Source: Patescibacteria group bacterium (GTDB lineage: Bacteria; Patescibacteriota; Patescibacteriia; UBA9570). From it: a stretch of DNA of 64,000 nt. The translations under genes were made by a program, and so were the position numbers. The stretch is from positions 226,268 through 290,267 of the forward strand of contig JBAZWO010000001.1 in NCBI GenBank assembly GCA_041660305.1, given 5' to 3'. Positions 8,003 through 16,792 of this stretch are shown one piece after another; within the stretch, counting starts at the first letter, position 1, and each line of letters starts with the position of its first letter. The notes beneath the pieces were generated by a model, which did not search any database, had not been told where the DNA came from, and worked only from the letters and a program-made list of their open reading frames with translations.

Positions 8003-8962
8003 TTATAATTCTTTTTGCAACCATTGTTTAAAATCAGCTAGTGTGGTAGTAACTCCTAACCCAACCATAATTTTAGTAATAGTTGAAATTAGTGTTAATT
8101 GTTGAGCAATTATTATATTATTTGGTAATTTACCTGAATAATTCTTGGTACATAAAATTACTGGAATATTAGTAGGTAATGTTAAATGAGTTAATGTGGC
8201 TGGATTAATTAAGCCTGTTAACACTAAGGCTTTAACGTTACTAGCTACGTTAATAACTGGCTGAGTTGGTAATAAAGTAATCACTTGCACTGCTTCAACA
8301 AACTTTGGATACAATTGTGGCACCTGTTTAGTACGCTTCGATACAACTGATAATAAATTAACATTAAATTGTATTTGAGCCACTGGTAGTTCTGGCCAAC
8401 TAACAAACGGCTCAATACTAAATGATTTAGCATCTATAGCGCTAGTGGCTCGTACAATAATTGTGCCATAAGCTAAAAATACTCCGCTGCAATTTAACGT
8501 AGCCAACTGTATCCCTGTGATTAAATTAGTACGTAATTGCATTTCATTGGCTACTGGTTTATTTTTTTCTAGTTGTGTTGGCTTAGGTAAAACAGTGCCA
8601 GTAAAAATAATTGGTTTCCCTAAATTTTTCAACAAATGACTTAATAAATTAGCAATATACAGTGCTGCTGAACAATCGTGCAACACAACAAAACCATCAT
8701 AATTTTGATAGTGTTTAATAATAGCTTGACCAATACTACTAGCCAAACTCCAAGTTACAGCAACAGGCTCCACCTGATTGAGGATAATAAGATCTGCTTC
8801 GGCCATGAATTGCAGATCGAGATATTCGGTTAATAGGGTGGTAGCTCGTTTGGCAGAAAATGGTTCGGTAAATTGCACTCCGCCAGCATAGAGCACTAGG
8901 ACGCGCTGTTGTTTCGCGCTAAACATGGCTACATAGTAACGTATTAGTTTTATTTTGTCCAA
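8003..8962 (-). CDS. L-asparaginase/glutaminase-fold protein with both catalytic threonine motifs replaced
   Basis: Matches the asparaginase layout: DGFVVLHDCSAALYIANLL...GKPIIFTGT, GVFLAYGTIIVRA. It has YAGGVQF in place of TGGTI and HDCSA in place of HGTDT. It overlaps murF by 13 nt. Confidence 0.5.
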   Translation of the reverse strand: MDKIKLIRYYVAMFSAKQQRVLVLYAGGVQFTEPFSAKRATTLLTEYLDLQFMAEADLIILNQVEPVAVTWSLASSIGQAIIKHYQNYDGFVVLHDCSAALYIANLLSHLLKNLGKPIIFTGTVLPKPTQLEKNKPVANEMQLRTNLITGIQLATLNCSGVFLAYGTIIVRATSAIDAKSFSIEPFVSWPELPVAQIQFNVNLLSVVSKRTKQVPQLYPKFVEAVQVITLLPTQPVINVASNVKALVLTGLINPATLTHLTLPTNIPVILCTKNYSGKLPNNIIIAQQLTLISTITKIMVGLGVTTTLADFKQWLQKEL

Positions 8963-10257
8963 CTACCGTATTGGCGCGCCAATAATTTAGTAGCTTGCTC
9001 GGGATGTTCCATTAAGGCTTGGGCTATTTTTTCTAGGCGCATGGCTTGGGAGCCTTTCATTAAAACAATATCTTGTGGTGCTAATATATTAGTGAGCTTA
9101 CTAATTAACTCGGCTGGTGTTTTGCAAATAGCAATGGCTGTGGCTGGCAAACCGGCATCCAGTGCCGCTATGGCAATACTCTCCGCTTTATCACCTAACG
9201 TAAAGAGATAATCTATTTTTAATTCGGCTACTCGTTTACCAATTAACGTATGGGCGCGCTTTGATTGACTGCCTAATTCTTCCATATTACCTAAACAAGC
9301 TATTTTTTTACCAGTCGTAGTAAGTTGTGCTAACACATTAAGCGCCTCGCGCATAGCGGCTGGTGACGCGTTATAAGTATCATCTAATATTAATGTATTA
9401 TTAATTCCAGAAATTAAGCATAACCGACCCGGCGGAGCTTGATAACTTTGCAGTGCTTTTGTCATGTCTACAAAATTTAATTCGTATACCAACCCCACCG
9501 CAATGGCAAACATAGCCGCGTACACCGCTGGCAGACCAACCACATTCGGCACAAAACAAGGTACCGTATTGCCTTGATAACGAAGCTTAAATCTTAAACC
9601 GCTAACAACGTGAGACGTATTAGTTTTTGGCCATACCGAATAATCAATATCCAGCGCTTGTAAATCCGCTGGCTCGGCTTTAAGTGAAAATGATAAGGTG
9701 CGACACTTTAATTTTGGTACAACATCTTGCACATATGGTTCATCCAAATTTAAAATTGCCCAATTATTTTTAGTTAAATGTTTTAACATGATTAATTTTT
9801 CTTGGGCTAATTGGTCTACGTCTTTAAAAAAAGCTAAATGTGCCGGTTGATCACCAATACATGTAACCATGCCAATACGCGCCGGTGCTAATTGAGTTAA
9901 ATATTTAATATCACCTGGATGATCAGCTCCCATTTCTAATATTAATATTTTTGGATACGTTAATGGCAATAAGCCATAAACCAGACCACGCATAATTACG
10001 CCTAACCAACGTAATGGATTTTTTCCACCGGCCTTACTGCCAATAATAGTGAGCGGCACGCCTAATTCATTATTATAATTAAAGCTGCTCATGCGCACCG
10101 AATAATAATTAGATAATACTGCGGCTATGGCGGTTTTGGTAGAAGTTTTTCCAACACTACCAGTAATACCGATAATTTCTGGTTGCTGTCGCCATAACAC
10201 CAGTTTAGCCAACCAATAAAGCATGCTTTGTAATATTTTACTAATTACTTGTTTCAT
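8950..10257 (-). CDS. murF: UDP-N-acetylmuramoyl-tripeptide--D-alanyl-D-alanine ligase (Mur ligase family)
   Basis: P-loop GITGSVGKTSTK and three-domain Mur ligase length. Sits directly after ftsI in the dcw cluster. Confidence 0.8.
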   Translation of the reverse strand: MKQVISKILQSMLYWLAKLVLWRQQPEIIGITGSVGKTSTKTAIAAVLSNYYSVRMSSFNYNNELGVPLTIIGSKAGGKNPLRWLGVIMRGLVYGLLPLTYPKILILEMGADHPGDIKYLTQLAPARIGMVTCIGDQPAHLAFFKDVDQLAQEKLIMLKHLTKNNWAILNLDEPYVQDVVPKLKCRTLSFSLKAEPADLQALDIDYSVWPKTNTSHVVSGLRFKLRYQGNTVPCFVPNVVGLPAVYAAMFAIAVGLVYELNFVDMTKALQSYQAPPGRLCLISGINNTLILDDTYNASPAAMREALNVLAQLTTTGKKIACLGNMEELGSQSKRAHTLIGKRVAELKIDYLFTLGDKAESIAIAALDAGLPATAIAICKTPAELISKLTNILAPQDIVLMKGSQAMRLEKIAQALMEHPEQATKLLARQYGSWTK

Positions 10258-11998
10258 CTGGCGGTAATTGATAATAATTTACTAAATATTGGGCAATGTC
10301 TTTCCATAATGGTACTACTGAACCTTCGGCCCATTCGGTACTTGGTTCACTTAACTTAGTTAACAATATAAATTGCGGATTATTCACAGGAAAACCAAGA
10401 AAAGTATCATTATGTCGATATTGATCATAACCACTATTAGTTGCTATTTGCGCTGTGCCGGTTTTTCCACCCATTAAATAACCGGCCATTTGCGCATTTT
10501 TATGTTCTTTATTTACCACACTAATTAACATTGCTCCAATTAAACGAGCCGTATTAGCTGATACTACTTGGCGTACCGCTGTTGGTTGGGTAATAATTTC
10601 GGTTTTTTCGCTGGTAATTTGTTTTTGCACTACATACGGTTTCATTAATAAACCCTGGTTAGCCAAAGCTGCATAAGCCGAAATTAATTGAATAGGTGTT
10701 ACGGTAATACCCTGACCAAATGAAGCGTTGGCCGAATAAATATCGCGCAATTCGGCTAACTGAGAAATATCACCGGCTTGTTCACCAGCTAAATCAATAC
10801 CGGTTAATTCACCAAAACCAAAATTATTAATATATTGATATAATGTTTCGTTGCCTAATAATTGGGCTACATGAATTGAACCAGTGTTGAGTGATTTTTC
10901 TAATACTTGCGTCATGGTTTGTGTACCATAGGCTTTGCCGTCGGAATTACGAATTGGTTTCGGCCAACCATTTACTTTTACCTGCCCCGCGTCTTGATAA
11001 GTTGAATTCGGCATAATTAAGCCACGATCAATCCCAGCTGCTAACGTGAATGTTTTAAATACTGAACCAGCTTCATAAGGCTTGCCAACCGCCGCATTAA
11101 TAAAAACATCAATATCAGTAACCTGATTATAATTATTTGGATCAAAACTAGGATAGTTACACATGGCTAAAATAGCCCCAGTAGCCGGATTAAGAACAAT
11201 AACCGTACCACCCTTGGCTGCAAATTTTTCAGCACTGGCTTGTAATTTTTCACAAGCAAAAAATTGTAAATTTTTATCGATAGTTAACACTAAGTCATTG
11301 CCACTAATCGCTGGCGTAATGGCAGCATCACCTAATGTTAATACTTGTCCTAAACCGCCTCTTTCCGCATTAAGTTGCCCATTTTTACCATGTAATACAG
11401 TATTATAGTAACTCTCCAAACCATATTGTCCTACTCGTTCATTATCAGCATAGCCAAAGTAACCAGTTAAGTGTGCTGTATAAGCACTATCTGGATAATA
11501 ACGCCAATCTTCATAACTAAACTTAATAGCTGATTGAACATCTGGCAAAGCAACGCTTTTAATAGCATCTACTACTTCGGTTGGTACGCGCTTTTTTAAA
11601 GTTTCGTTTGGATCATTAGTTTTGTTTAAATGTGCTAGTAACTCTTCCACCGGTTCTTGTAATAATGGCGATAATGCTTGTGCTAAAGCCGGCGCATCCT
11701 TCACGTGTACTGGTTCAGCATGTACTTCTGCCAACGTTTTATTCACCACAATCATGTATTGTTGATTCAGACTATATTTATCCTGTACATAAATTTCTCC
11801 ACGCCGTGGATAGATTTCTTCGTAGATTTTTCTGCTATCACTAGCTAAGGCCACATAATAACCATGATCTAATAACTGTAAATCAGCTAAACGGAGAATA
11901 ATAATACCAGCTAATAACATAAACCCCCAGCGCACTAGGTCAACTCGCTGCCAAGATAATTTAAATTTGGTACGTTGCGCTGGTTTGTGCCATTTCAT
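10241..11998 (-). CDS. ftsI: Penicillin-binding protein, class B transpeptidase (FtsI/PBP2 type)
   Basis: N-terminal TM segment and the SxxK (SVFK), SxN (SLN) and KTG (GKTGTA) motifs. dcw context. Confidence 0.9.
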   Translation of the reverse strand: MKWHKPAQRTKFKLSWQRVDLVRWGFMLLAGIIILRLADLQLLDHGYYVALASDSRKIYEEIYPRRGEIYVQDKYSLNQQYMIVVNKTLAEVHAEPVHVKDAPALAQALSPLLQEPVEELLAHLNKTNDPNETLKKRVPTEVVDAIKSVALPDVQSAIKFSYEDWRYYPDSAYTAHLTGYFGYADNERVGQYGLESYYNTVLHGKNGQLNAERGGLGQVLTLGDAAITPAISGNDLVLTIDKNLQFFACEKLQASAEKFAAKGGTVIVLNPATGAILAMCNYPSFDPNNYNQVTDIDVFINAAVGKPYEAGSVFKTFTLAAGIDRGLIMPNSTYQDAGQVKVNGWPKPIRNSDGKAYGTQTMTQVLEKSLNTGSIHVAQLLGNETLYQYINNFGFGELTGIDLAGEQAGDISQLAELRDIYSANASFGQGITVTPIQLISAYAALANQGLLMKPYVVQKQITSEKTEIITQPTAVRQVVSANTARLIGAMLISVVNKEHKNAQMAGYLMGGKTGTAQIATNSGYDQYRHNDTFLGFPVNNPQFILLTKLSEPSTEWAEGSVVPLWKDIAQYLVNYYQLPPDETSN

Positions 11999-12351
11999 TG
12001 TAGTAATGCCACAGCAGCATTGGTAGCTGGCAAATATTCAACTTTAGTAGTAGGGATCAGCTGACTTTGCTCACGAGCTACTAAACTAAGTCGTTGTAAT
12101 GATAACGCTTCAGCAGTATCTAACTGTAAATTTTGTTGTTGTGCCTGTAATACAGCTACTTCTTTCAGTAAGGAGTTTAAATGAAAAGTGCTGGCTGTAC
12201 CAGAATTAACTAAGCGCATATAACTAAAGCTCATTCCTAATAATACAACTAATAACACGCCGTTGGTAACAAAATAATTACGTATTTTAAACGGTTGTGT
12301 TTGTTTACGATGTTGTAATTTTTTATTAGTTAAACAAGTGAGTTTGGTCAT
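11995..12351 (-). CDS. ftsL: Cell-division protein FtsL-like (bitopic, coiled coil)
   Basis: 118 aa with a single TM segment and a heptad-like region. Sits between rsmH and ftsI. Confidence 0.6.
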   Translation of the reverse strand: MTKLTCLTNKKLQHRKQTQPFKIRNYFVTNGVLLVVLLGMSFSYMRLVNSGTASTFHLNSLLKEVAVLQAQQQNLQLDTAEALSLQRLSLVAREQSQLIPTTKVEYLPATNAAVALLQ

Positions 12352-13283
12352 ATTTTTTCTATCACCCGTAGTAAGGCACTGTGGGCTTGGGCATTACGGT
12401 TTATTTCTGCAACCGTAGGTTTAATAGGACGGGTAGTAATTAAACGGACACTAGCCTGCTGTGTACAGATACAAACTGGTACATCAGGCGCACAAATACA
12501 ATTACGAGCGGCTGCTTTAAATGTCTGTTTTACTATCCTATCTTCTAGCGAGTGAAACGTAATTACCGCTAATCGTCCACCAGGAGATAAGATAGAAATA
12601 ATATCTTGTAAAATAGCTGGCAACCAATCTAATTCTTGATTAACCGCTATGCGCAAAGCTTGAAACGTTCGTGCTGCCAAATGATGCACTGACTTTACCG
12701 AACCATGTTTTACTAGCCATAAACAATCTAATAAATCTTGTACTATGCGAAACCGTTTGGTTTTACGCCACTGTACAATCGTTCTAGCCAACACCCTAGC
12801 TTGTGGTTCTTCGCCGTATTCACGCAGTATTCTACATAATTCTCGCTCAGCCGTGTCATTTAACAGTGTGCTGGCTAAAATAATTTGGCGCTGATCCATC
12901 CGCATATCTAATACATCATTTGGCTGTTGAAAAGAAAAGCCTCTGTTTGGTGCATGTAATTGCCACAACGACACCCCTAAATCCAGTAAAGCTGCCTCTA
13001 TTTTAGTAATGTATTTGGTAACATTACGAATGTTATCATGTTTGACAATGAGCTGATTCGACTGATATTGCTTACCAAGTGTTTGCTGCACTTGTTGTAT
13101 CGCGGCCGCATCTTGATCGAAGCCTATTAACTGACCACCTGGCATAATTTGCTGCAAAATAGCAGCCGCATGACCACCACCGCCTAACGTACCATCCAAT
13201 ACTGTTAGGCCTGGCTTTAGTTGCAATGCCTCTAGCACTTCGTGAAGTAATACGGGCACATGATAAACAGCTGGTTGCGACAT
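12348..13283 (-). CDS. rsmH: 16S rRNA (cytosine1402-N4)-methyltransferase
   Basis: YHVPVLLHEVLEAL, DGTLGGGGHA and FHSLEDRIVK motifs. Follows mraZ. Confidence 0.9.
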   Translation of the reverse strand: MSQPAVYHVPVLLHEVLEALQLKPGLTVLDGTLGGGGHAAAILQQIMPGGQLIGFDQDAAAIQQVQQTLGKQYQSNQLIVKHDNIRNVTKYITKIEAALLDLGVSLWQLHAPNRGFSFQQPNDVLDMRMDQRQIILASTLLNDTAERELCRILREYGEEPQARVLARTIVQWRKTKRFRIVQDLLDCLWLVKHGSVKSVHHLAARTFQALRIAVNQELDWLPAILQDIISILSPGGRLAVITFHSLEDRIVKQTFKAAARNCICAPDVPVCICTQQASVRLITTRPIKPTVAEINRNAQAHSALLRVIEKI

Positions 13284-13368
13284 AGTTTTCTAGAAAAATT
13301 GATCTAGGTTTAAAGATCAACAGCGTGAGATGAGCGAGCATGTTCACCCCACCTTGTTGTATCTTCAA

Positions 13369-13800
13369 TTACACTCCTAATTCCCCCAATGCCTCAGCAA
13401 TATCGCCACTATCTTTTTCTGTAGCTGTTTTATAATTCTGCCAAGCCGTTTCATCCCAAATTTCTAAACGATTAAACAACCCAGCAATTACCACTTTTTT
13501 ATTAAGCGTAGCGTATTCACGTAAATATTCCGGCACAATCACTCGGCCTTGTTTATCCATTTCACAATCCATCGCCCCAGCTAACATTAACCGAGCAAAA
13601 GCTCGCGTATTGGCTTTAGAAATCGGTAAATTAGCTAGTTTTTCCGCCAATTTTTTCCACTCTTCAAACGTATAGACAAATAAACAATGATCTAATCCGC
13701 GCGTTACTACCGCGCCGGTTTTTAAAACATCACGAAACTTAATTGGTATAGCCAACCGGTTCTTATCATCAATTGTATGCGCATATTCCCCAATAAACAT
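13369..13800 (-). CDS. mraZ: Transcriptional regulator MraZ
   Basis: MFIGEYAHTIDDKNRLAIPIKFR and a second DKQGRVIVPEYLR repeat (double SpoVT/AbrB-like). Confidence 0.9.
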   Translation of the reverse strand: MFIGEYAHTIDDKNRLAIPIKFRDVLKTGAVVTRGLDHCLFVYTFEEWKKLAEKLANLPISKANTRAFARLMLAGAMDCEMDKQGRVIVPEYLREYATLNKKVVIAGLFNRLEIWDETAWQNYKTATEKDSGDIAEALGELGV

Positions 13801-13834
13801 TATTTTATCTATTATTAGTTAATAAAAAAAATTG

Positions 13835-13874
13835 TTATCCACAGTTTAGCTATCTTATCCCCACATTTATCCAC
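13835..13874 (-). promoter_or_regulatory. Direct repeats GTGGATAA / GTGGGGATAA / GTGGATAA upstream of mraZ (candidate MraZ operator; the sequence equals a DnaA-box TTATCCACA)
   Basis: + strand TTATCCACA 13835-13843, TTATCCCCACA 13855-13865, TTATCCAC 13867-13874. Two of the GTGG cores are 10 nt apart. An 8-bp IR, AGTGGTAT/ATACCACT, lies at 13887-13905. Confidence 0.5.
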
Positions 13875-13927
13875 TTTTTAGCACTGTAGTGGTATTATAT
13901 ACCACTTTTATTTATATGTAAACCACA

Positions 13928-14100
13928 TACCTCTATCCCCAACCCTTTCCCCTAATAACCTACCTCACCTCCCAACCTCCTCTCCTCAAAGGAGAGGAGG
14001 AGAAAAAATTTTATTACAAAATTCCCCTCTCCTGAGAGGAGAGGGGTGCCCGGAGGGCGGGGTGAGGTAGGTTGCTCGGAGAGAGGGGGTTGGGGATGAG
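13928..14100. repeat. Nested pyrimidine/purine palindromic element, copy B1
   Basis: Starts TACCTCTATCCCCAACCCTTTCCCCTAA and ends GGGGGTTGGGGATGAG. Inner hairpins CCTCTCCTCaaaGGAGAGG and CCCCTCTCCtgagaGGAGAGGGG. CCTACCTCACC pairs with GGTGAGGTAGG. Ends 3 nt from the kinase stop codon. Confidence 0.85.
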
Positions 14101-14103
14101 ATG

Positions 14104-15768
14104 TTATTTCTTCAATTTCGTAACCGGCAAATGTATATTAAAAGCACTACCTTTACCTAAAGCTGAAACAAAATCAATATACCCATGATGTTTTTCAATA
14201 ATATTATGTACAATATATAAGCCCAAACCAGAACCAGTCGGTTCTAAACTAGTAGCTTCTTTACCACGATAAAATTTAACAAAGATTTTTTCTTGTGTTT
14301 CCGGAGACATGCCAATACCCATATCTTTAATACTTAACACTACTTCTTTCTTTTTGTTAATTAAATTAATAGTAACCGTACTACCAGCCGCAGAATATTT
14401 TACAGCGTTTTCAATTAAATTTTGAATCGCTAGCTTCATTTTTTGTGGATCAATCGCTAATAACGGCAGCTCTGTTGGTGGTGTGTAATTTAGTTTAATC
14501 TGTTTACGTTGAGCTGTAATATTACAGCTATCTAAGACTTGCTGGACTAATTCTACTAAAGACCGATCAATAAATTGGTACATAAACTTACCCTCTTCAA
14601 TTTCGGAAATATCTAATAAATTATTTACAATTTCAATTACTTCATTATTTCGTTCGTAACCTTTTTTTAATAAATCTTTTTGTTTGTTTTGTAAGGGGCC
14701 ACCATCACCATCTAATAACAATTTAAATAACCATTTTAAAGTAGATAACGGTGTACGTAATTGATGCGCTGCTACGGAAATAAAATCTGATTTCACTTCA
14801 TCTAAATCACGTTCCCGCGTAATATCATGTAACACCACCAAACAACCTAATTTACGACGACTAACATCATGAATTGGAATTACCGTAACTTGCAACACAG
14901 TACGATTACCAGTAGCCGGAGTAATTATAATATCTTCAGTTTGTGTCCGTTTTTTAGTAAGAGCTTGGTTAATATATAGTATCACTGGATGTAAAGACCG
15001 TTCAAAATAATGTAAATGTAAAAAATTAGTAAACTGATATTTAGTATTTAATTGTAGTATTTTATGTGCATAAGGATTAATGATTAATACTTTGCCAACT
15101 GGATCTAATAAAATAATCCCGTCCATTAAACTATTAATTAAGGTAATAACTTTATCACGCTCGGCTATTACTTCTTGTTCCCGTGATCGAATAATATTAC
15201 TAATAAACGAAGCAAAAAAAGCCGTAAAAATAAAGATTAACACTACTGTAGAGGTATTGTGTAGTGTCACACTAAAATTACGAAAAAAACCCGGATCATA
15301 TCCATAGCGCCAAATATGTGGTATCGCGCCATAATACTCTAACGCTATCACTCCGACATATAATGAAACTGTAAATAATGTTAATAAAATAGTTTCAATT
15401 TCCGTTAACAAAATAATGGCCATAAAAATACTAGTGAAATAAAACAAAAACGATAAACTTTCTACACCACCAGTAGCATAAAGCATAATCGTAACTAATA
15501 ACTGATCTAACACTACTTGCAAAATACTAGTAATGTGCAAAGCTCGCTCGGATAACTGTTTTGGATCTTTACGTAAATAAAAATAAAAAATACTGTTATA
15601 ACCATAAGATACAGCTAGCAATAAAAATATTTTTAAATCAAACCGTGCCACCCCAATGGCTTTCTGAATCAAACCTAATACCACAATACCAGCATGCATA
15701 AACCACCGACTAGTTACAATATACTGCAAGGTTTTAATGCGCTTTAATTTAGTATCTTGGGAAATCAT
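14104..15768 (-). CDS. Sensor histidine kinase (multi-TM N-terminus, PAS-like, HisKA, HATPase_c)
   Basis: H-box SVAAHQLRTPLS, N-box NLIENAVKYS, G-box GSGLGLYIV. About 6 predicted TM helices. Confidence 0.85.
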   Translation of the reverse strand: MISQDTKLKRIKTLQYIVTSRWFMHAGIVVLGLIQKAIGVARFDLKIFLLLAVSYGYNSIFYFYLRKDPKQLSERALHITSILQVVLDQLLVTIMLYATGGVESLSFLFYFTSIFMAIILLTEIETILLTLFTVSLYVGVIALEYYGAIPHIWRYGYDPGFFRNFSVTLHNTSTVVLIFIFTAFFASFISNIIRSREQEVIAERDKVITLINSLMDGIILLDPVGKVLIINPYAHKILQLNTKYQFTNFLHLHYFERSLHPVILYINQALTKKRTQTEDIIITPATGNRTVLQVTVIPIHDVSRRKLGCLVVLHDITRERDLDEVKSDFISVAAHQLRTPLSTLKWLFKLLLDGDGGPLQNKQKDLLKKGYERNNEVIEIVNNLLDISEIEEGKFMYQFIDRSLVELVQQVLDSCNITAQRKQIKLNYTPPTELPLLAIDPQKMKLAIQNLIENAVKYSAAGSTVTINLINKKKEVVLSIKDMGIGMSPETQEKIFVKFYRGKEATSLEPTGSGLGLYIVHNIIEKHHGYIDFVSALGKGSAFNIHLPVTKLKK

Positions 15769-16139
15769 AAAGTAATATTAGGTAATGCTGAATAATGTGG
15801 TGTAATATATCCGACCCTGCCTGGTAAACCTACTAATTGCTGCTTATCACTCAATGGTTGGGTAATTTCTGTAAGTTGACAGGCTTGACTATATGTTAAA
15901 GCATTAAAAATAACTACTAAACAACGAATTAATGAAAATGATTTGGCCTGATTAACTAATATAATATGCTGAATTGGTTGATGCTGAATAATAGTATGTA
16001 ATACTAATAACAATTGATCAATGCGCGGTTGCTTTAACATTATCTGTTTGGCGTTAGCTAAATTATTTGGAACTCCAAACCAAAATTCCACTTGATTATT
16101 TGTTGCCGGATTACAATAAAGATAGTTTTGTGTAGTCAT
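15765..16139 (-). CDS. Hypothetical protein
   Basis: 124-aa ORF, coupled to both neighbours by 4-nt and 1-nt overlaps. No motif recognised. Confidence 0.4.
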   Translation of the reverse strand: MTTQNYLYCNPATNNQVEFWFGVPNNLANAKQIMLKQPRIDQLLLVLHTIIQHQPIQHIILVNQAKSFSLIRCLVVIFNALTYSQACQLTEITQPLSDKQQLVGLPGRVGYITPHYSALPNITL

Positions 16140-16789
16140 TAACTTAATAGCTGATGTACGGCTGTTATCATACCACTAAAAGATGCTCTTTGCCTACTAG
16201 CTTGGCTTGGTAATCTTACACTATTTGGCAACACTCCAGGTGTTAAATAATTAACTGTAATATATGTCTGTGCCAACAACTTAGCCCATGATTTGGTTAA
16301 AATAATCACGCCTGTTTTAGCAATAAAATACGGTACGGTATAACGCTTGGCCGCTAATTGCTCTGCACCGGCACAGCTAATATTAATAATCCGGCCAGCT
16401 TGGCTTTTTTTTAATAACGGTACTGCCTGTTTGGTACATAACGCTACCGAAAATAAATTCGATGCTAACACTGTTTGCCAGTCTTGTAACGTAAGTTTAG
16501 ATAATAATTGATAACTACCTAACTCCCCTACATTATTAATGAGGACGTCTAATTTACCGTATTGTTTTTTTATGCTGTTAAATAATTGTTTAACTTCTGC
16601 TTCTTTAGTAAGATCGGCTGATAATATTATCGACTGTGGGGTATAATGTTTTACTTGTGTTAACACTTGCTGTGCTGCTACAACACTAGTGCGATAATGA
16701 ACAATAATAGTATAACCCTGTTTAGCCAGCGCCAGCGCTAATGTTTTACCTAGCCCTTTAGCACTACCCGTAATTAACGCTACTGGCAT
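16139..16789 (-). CDS. Short-chain dehydrogenase/reductase (SDR)
   Basis: TGSAKGLGK (TGxxxGxG), NNVG, YFIAK (YxxxK). Confidence 0.8.
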   Translation of the reverse strand: MPVALITGSAKGLGKTLALALAKQGYTIIVHYRTSVVAAQQVLTQVKHYTPQSIILSADLTKEAEVKQLFNSIKKQYGKLDVLINNVGELGSYQLLSKLTLQDWQTVLASNLFSVALCTKQAVPLLKKSQAGRIINISCAGAEQLAAKRYTVPYFIAKTGVIILTKSWAKLLAQTYITVNYLTPGVLPNSVRLPSQASRQRASFSGMITAVHQLLS

Positions 16790-16792
16790 ATA

